Below are positions 60,690 through 64,000 of a stretch of 64,000 nucleotides of DNA, one piece after another. Below the pieces are notes generated by a model. The model saw nothing but the letters and a program-made list of their open reading frames with translations. It searched no databases and had not been told where the DNA came from. The position numbers and the translations under genes are program-made. Position 1 is the stretch's first letter. Each line of letters begins with the position of its first letter. Source of the DNA: Chrysemys picta bellii (lineage: Eukaryota); assembly GCF_011386835.1 (NCBI RefSeq), contig NC_088812.1, positions 12,338,001 to 12,402,000 of the forward strand, in the 5' to 3' direction.

Positions 60690-61650
60690 GGGGTGGGCTG
60701 CAGGTCGGGAGAGAGGGGCAACGGCAGAGCTGAGGGGGAGCCCAGGGCTGGGCTAGCAGGGGCTGCGGGTCGGGAGTGAGGGGCACTGGCAGAGCTGGGG
60801 AAGGGGGGAGCCCAGGGCTGGGCTAGCAGGGGCTGCGGGTCGGGAGTGAGGGGCACCGGCAGAGCTGGGGGGGAGCTCAGGGCTGGGCTAGCAGGGGCTG
60901 CGGGTCGGGAGTGAGGGGCACCGGCAGAGCTGGGGGTGGGGAGCCCAGGGCTGGGCTAGCAGGGGCTGCGGGTCGGGAGCGAGGGGCACTGGCAGAGCTG
61001 GGGAAGGGGGGAGCCCAGGGCTGGGCTAGCAGGGGCTGCGGGTCGGGAGTGAGGGGCACCGGCAGAGCTGGGGGGGAGCTCAGGGCTGGGCTAGCAGGGG
61101 CTGCGGGTCGGGAGTGAGGGGCACGGGCAGAGCTGGGGGGGAGCTCAGGGCTGGGCTAGCAGGGGCTGCGGGTCGGGAGTGAGGGGCACTGGCAGAGCTA
61201 GGGGGGGATCCAGGGCTGGGCTAGCAGGGGCTGCGGGTCGGGAGTGAGGGGCACCGGCAGAGCTGGGGGGGAGCTCAGGGCTGGGCTAGCAGGGGCTGCG
61301 GGTCGGGAGTGAGGGGCACCGGCAGAGCTGGGGAAGGGGGGAGCCCAGGGCTGGGCTAGCAGGGGCTGCGGGTTGGGAGTGAGGGGCACCGGCAGAGCTG
61401 GGGGTGGGGAACCCAGGGCTGGGTTAGCAGGGGGCTGCGGGTCGGGAGTGAGGGGCACCGGCAGAGCTGGGGGGGCAGGGCTGGGCTAGCAGGGGCTGCA
61501 GGTCGGGAGTGAGGGGCACTGGCAGAGCTGGGGAAGGGGGGAGCCCAGGGCTGGGCTAGCAGGGGCTGTGGGTCGGGAGTGAGGGGCACCGGCAGAGCTG
61601 GGGGGACCCAGGGCTGGGCTAGCAGGGGCCGCGGATCGGCAGAGAAGGGC
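60690..61650. repeat. ~60-64-bp GC-rich minisatellite in GDF11 intron 1
   Basis: The unit gggctgggctagcaggggctgcgggtcgggagtgaggggcaccggcagagctggggggg, roughly 15 copies. Confidence 0.92.
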
Positions 61651-62644
61651 ACCGGCAGAGAGGGAGGCAGAATCTCCTGGAAGAGCAGGATGGATGGATG
61701 GAGTGTGAGTCTCTGGGACGGGGGTCTACATGGCACCGGTGGCTGCTGCTAGACCAGAAAGATGAAGGGCATCAAGTGTATCAGCTGCTCCCCAGCCCTG
61801 CCAGGCCCCCTGCCCCCCAGGGACCCGTCTCTTGGGATGAGGGGAGTTCTGGCCTGCTGGCACGCCGGGGTTGGCACCTCCAGGCCAGGTCTGGGCCCCT
61901 CCCAATCTAGTTCACACAGGCTGCGTGAAGCTGCAGCACCAGCTGCCGGCCCTAGCGACCAGGGCCAGCTGCCAGGGGCTCCGTGCCCGGCGAGCAGGCC
62001 CACGCCATCCCTCTGCTGGGGGGTTGGCACCCGAGGATTCAGCCTCCCTGGCTGCTGGGCTGGAGCCAAGCGGGGCAGTGCCGGCCGTGAAGTGGGAGCC
62101 TTGGCTCCTCGCCTGGGAGCTGGGGCTAGCGGCTGGGACGAGGCCAAAGGGTGAACACAGCTGCAGGGCTGGGACCCTCCAATAGGCAGGCTGGGGAGAG
62201 GCCAAAGGCCCCTGAGCCACCGGGGGCCGCTGGGCCAGGATCTGCGGTGCCCGGGCCCAGGTGAGCCTCGAGCGAAGCACAGAGCCCCCTGCCCAGCTCC
62301 GTGCCAGCCCTGGGAACAAAGAGCCGCCCCCACCCGCGCACCCTCCAGCAGCCCCTCAGCTGCAGCCAGCGTCCCGGGAACCTTTCTGCCCCTGGTTGCC
62401 AGGGCGACGGGAATAGCATCTTGGCACGGCGGGCGGCCAGCATGCCAAGAGCAGCGTTAGCGGGCAGCGGTGCCCTCCTCGGCAGCCAGCAGCACGTGGG
62501 GAGCAGGGGCGGGGGTCGCCCCGGAGGGAGATCCCTGCCCCACACCCAAGGGGGAGGCAGCTCGGACACAAACCTGCCTCTGGAGGCCAAGACTCACGTC
62601 TGCCTCAGGCCACAAGTGACATGAGCTTCATGGTCTCACCAAGG

Positions 62645-63230
62645 GCTGCGGGTCGGGAGTGAGGGGCACCGGCAGAGCTGGGGGTCGAGGGGAGCTCAGG
62701 GCTGGGCTAGCAGGGGCTGCGGGTCGGGAGTGAGGGGCACCGGCAGAGCTGGGGGTGGGGAGCCCAGGGCTGGGCTAGCAGGGGCTGCGGGTCGGGAGTG
62801 AGGGGCACCAGCAGAGCCAGGGAAGGGGGGAGCCCAGGGCTGGGCTAGCAGGGGCTGCGGGTCGGGAGTGAGGGGCACCAGCAGAGCCAGGGAAGGGGGG
62901 AGCCCAGGGCTGGGCTAGCAGGGGGCTGCGGGTCGGGAGTGAGGGGCACCGGCAGAGCTGGGGAAGGGGAGAGCCCAGGGCTGGGCTAGCAAGGGCTGCG
63001 GGTCGGGAATGAGGGGCACCGGCAGAGCTGGGGAAGGGGGGAGCCCAGGGGTGAGAGAGCAGGGGGCTGCGGGTCAGGAGTGAGGGGCACCGGCAGAGCT
63101 GGGGGGACCCAGGGCTGGGCTAGCAGGGGCTGTGGGTCGGGAGTGAGGGGCACCGGCAGAGCCGGGGAAGGAGGGAGCCCAGGGGTGAGAGAGCAGGGGC
63201 CTGTGGGTCCGGAGTGAGGGGCACCAGCAG
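62645..63230. repeat. ~60-64-bp GC-rich minisatellite in GDF11 intron 1 (second block)
   Basis: Same unit as 60690-61650, roughly 9 copies. Confidence 0.92.
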
Positions 63231-64000
63231 AACTAAACTTGCCTGCATCTGCCATGCTTGGTCTGGCTCCCTCCTCTCCCAGATTGTCACCTCCCTGTCC
63301 CCCCGCCCTCCCTTTGCTGTGTCAGTCCCTGGTGCAGGCCGGGGGGGCTGCCCACTGGCTGAGGGCCCCTGAGAACTGTGGGTCTGTGGGGCCTGGCCCA
63401 GCTCTGGGTCCCGGTGCCCCACAATGCTCACTGCAGGGGGTCCCATGGCTCAGAGGGTTGCAGAGGCTGGGTCCTGCCTTTCCCCTCCTGCTGCTCTGGG
63501 CCTGGCGTGGGGCAGCTGCTGAGAGCCACGCACCTGGTACCCCGGCCTGAGCCCAGCACGCAGCAGGGCCCTTCTGGGGTCGGGGGCAAGGGGGGACCCC
63601 CCATGTGCCACAGATCTCCCTCCCCCATGGTGCTGGCCCCATTGTGGCCAGAAGGAGGCGCTGCGGAGCGTCACTGGCCATGGGACTGGAAGGCAGAGCC
63701 GTGCTGTGGCTTTAAGAGTGCCGGGGAGGGCAAGGGGAAGGGGGCAGAGAGAGGAAAGTACTTTTATGGGCTGCTCCCAGGAGAGTGGATTTAATAGGGA
63801 GCTTGTGCTCAGCAAATTGCTGGGAGGGGTTTGTTAGCAAAGCACCGCAAGGCCCCCCGGCCCCTGTCACTTTGGTTTATGGGAGCCCCTTGTGGGCGCG
63901 GGGGGCTGGGCGGGTGACATTCCTGGCCCCCGGTTGGTGTCATGACCCCTATCTGTTAGTGGAGGCCTCGGTTCACAGCAAATGGCCCAGCGCTGCAGCT

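Noticed and set aside
52867-64000. GDF11 exons 2-3
   Set aside because: No prodomain, RXXR or cystine-knot sequence recognised in the ORF track or on reading; they presumably lie beyond the window.

Overview
Vertebrate (not prokaryotic) genomic DNA. It is very GC-rich, and its repeats (CR1 LINEs, tRNA-derived SINEs, a DIRS element, a Penelope-type palindrome, hAT/Harbinger MITEs) look like those of a turtle; the species cannot be determined from sequence. Five intron-containing genes can be reconstructed by hand from GT-AG junctions: BLOC1S1 (+, complete, 125 aa), RDH5 (+, 4 coding exons, apparent 1-nt frameshift in the third), CD63 (-, complete, 241 aa), an INPP1-like inositol polyphosphate 1-phosphatase (-, complete, 376 aa) and exon 1 of GDF11 (+; exons 2-3 not found in the window). 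This matches the human 12q13 order BLOC1S1-RDH5-CD63-GDF11, plus an extra INPP1-like gene between CD63 and GDF11. Mammalian INPP1 lies near MSTN (the GDF11 paralog), so this gene is probably a retained whole-genome-duplication paralog. Other notable structures: a minisatellite in RDH5 carrying 16 extra copies of the exon/intron junction, each resembling a 6-nt micro-exon cassette; a compact DIRS element with all terminal structures but no enzymes; a solo LTR capped by an inverted copy of its own end, containing a 76-bp palindrome with hammerhead-like motifs; and a tandem array of CTCF-like motifs. Most ORFs in the supplied track are artefacts of GC-rich repeats. There is one assembly gap (49842-50010).
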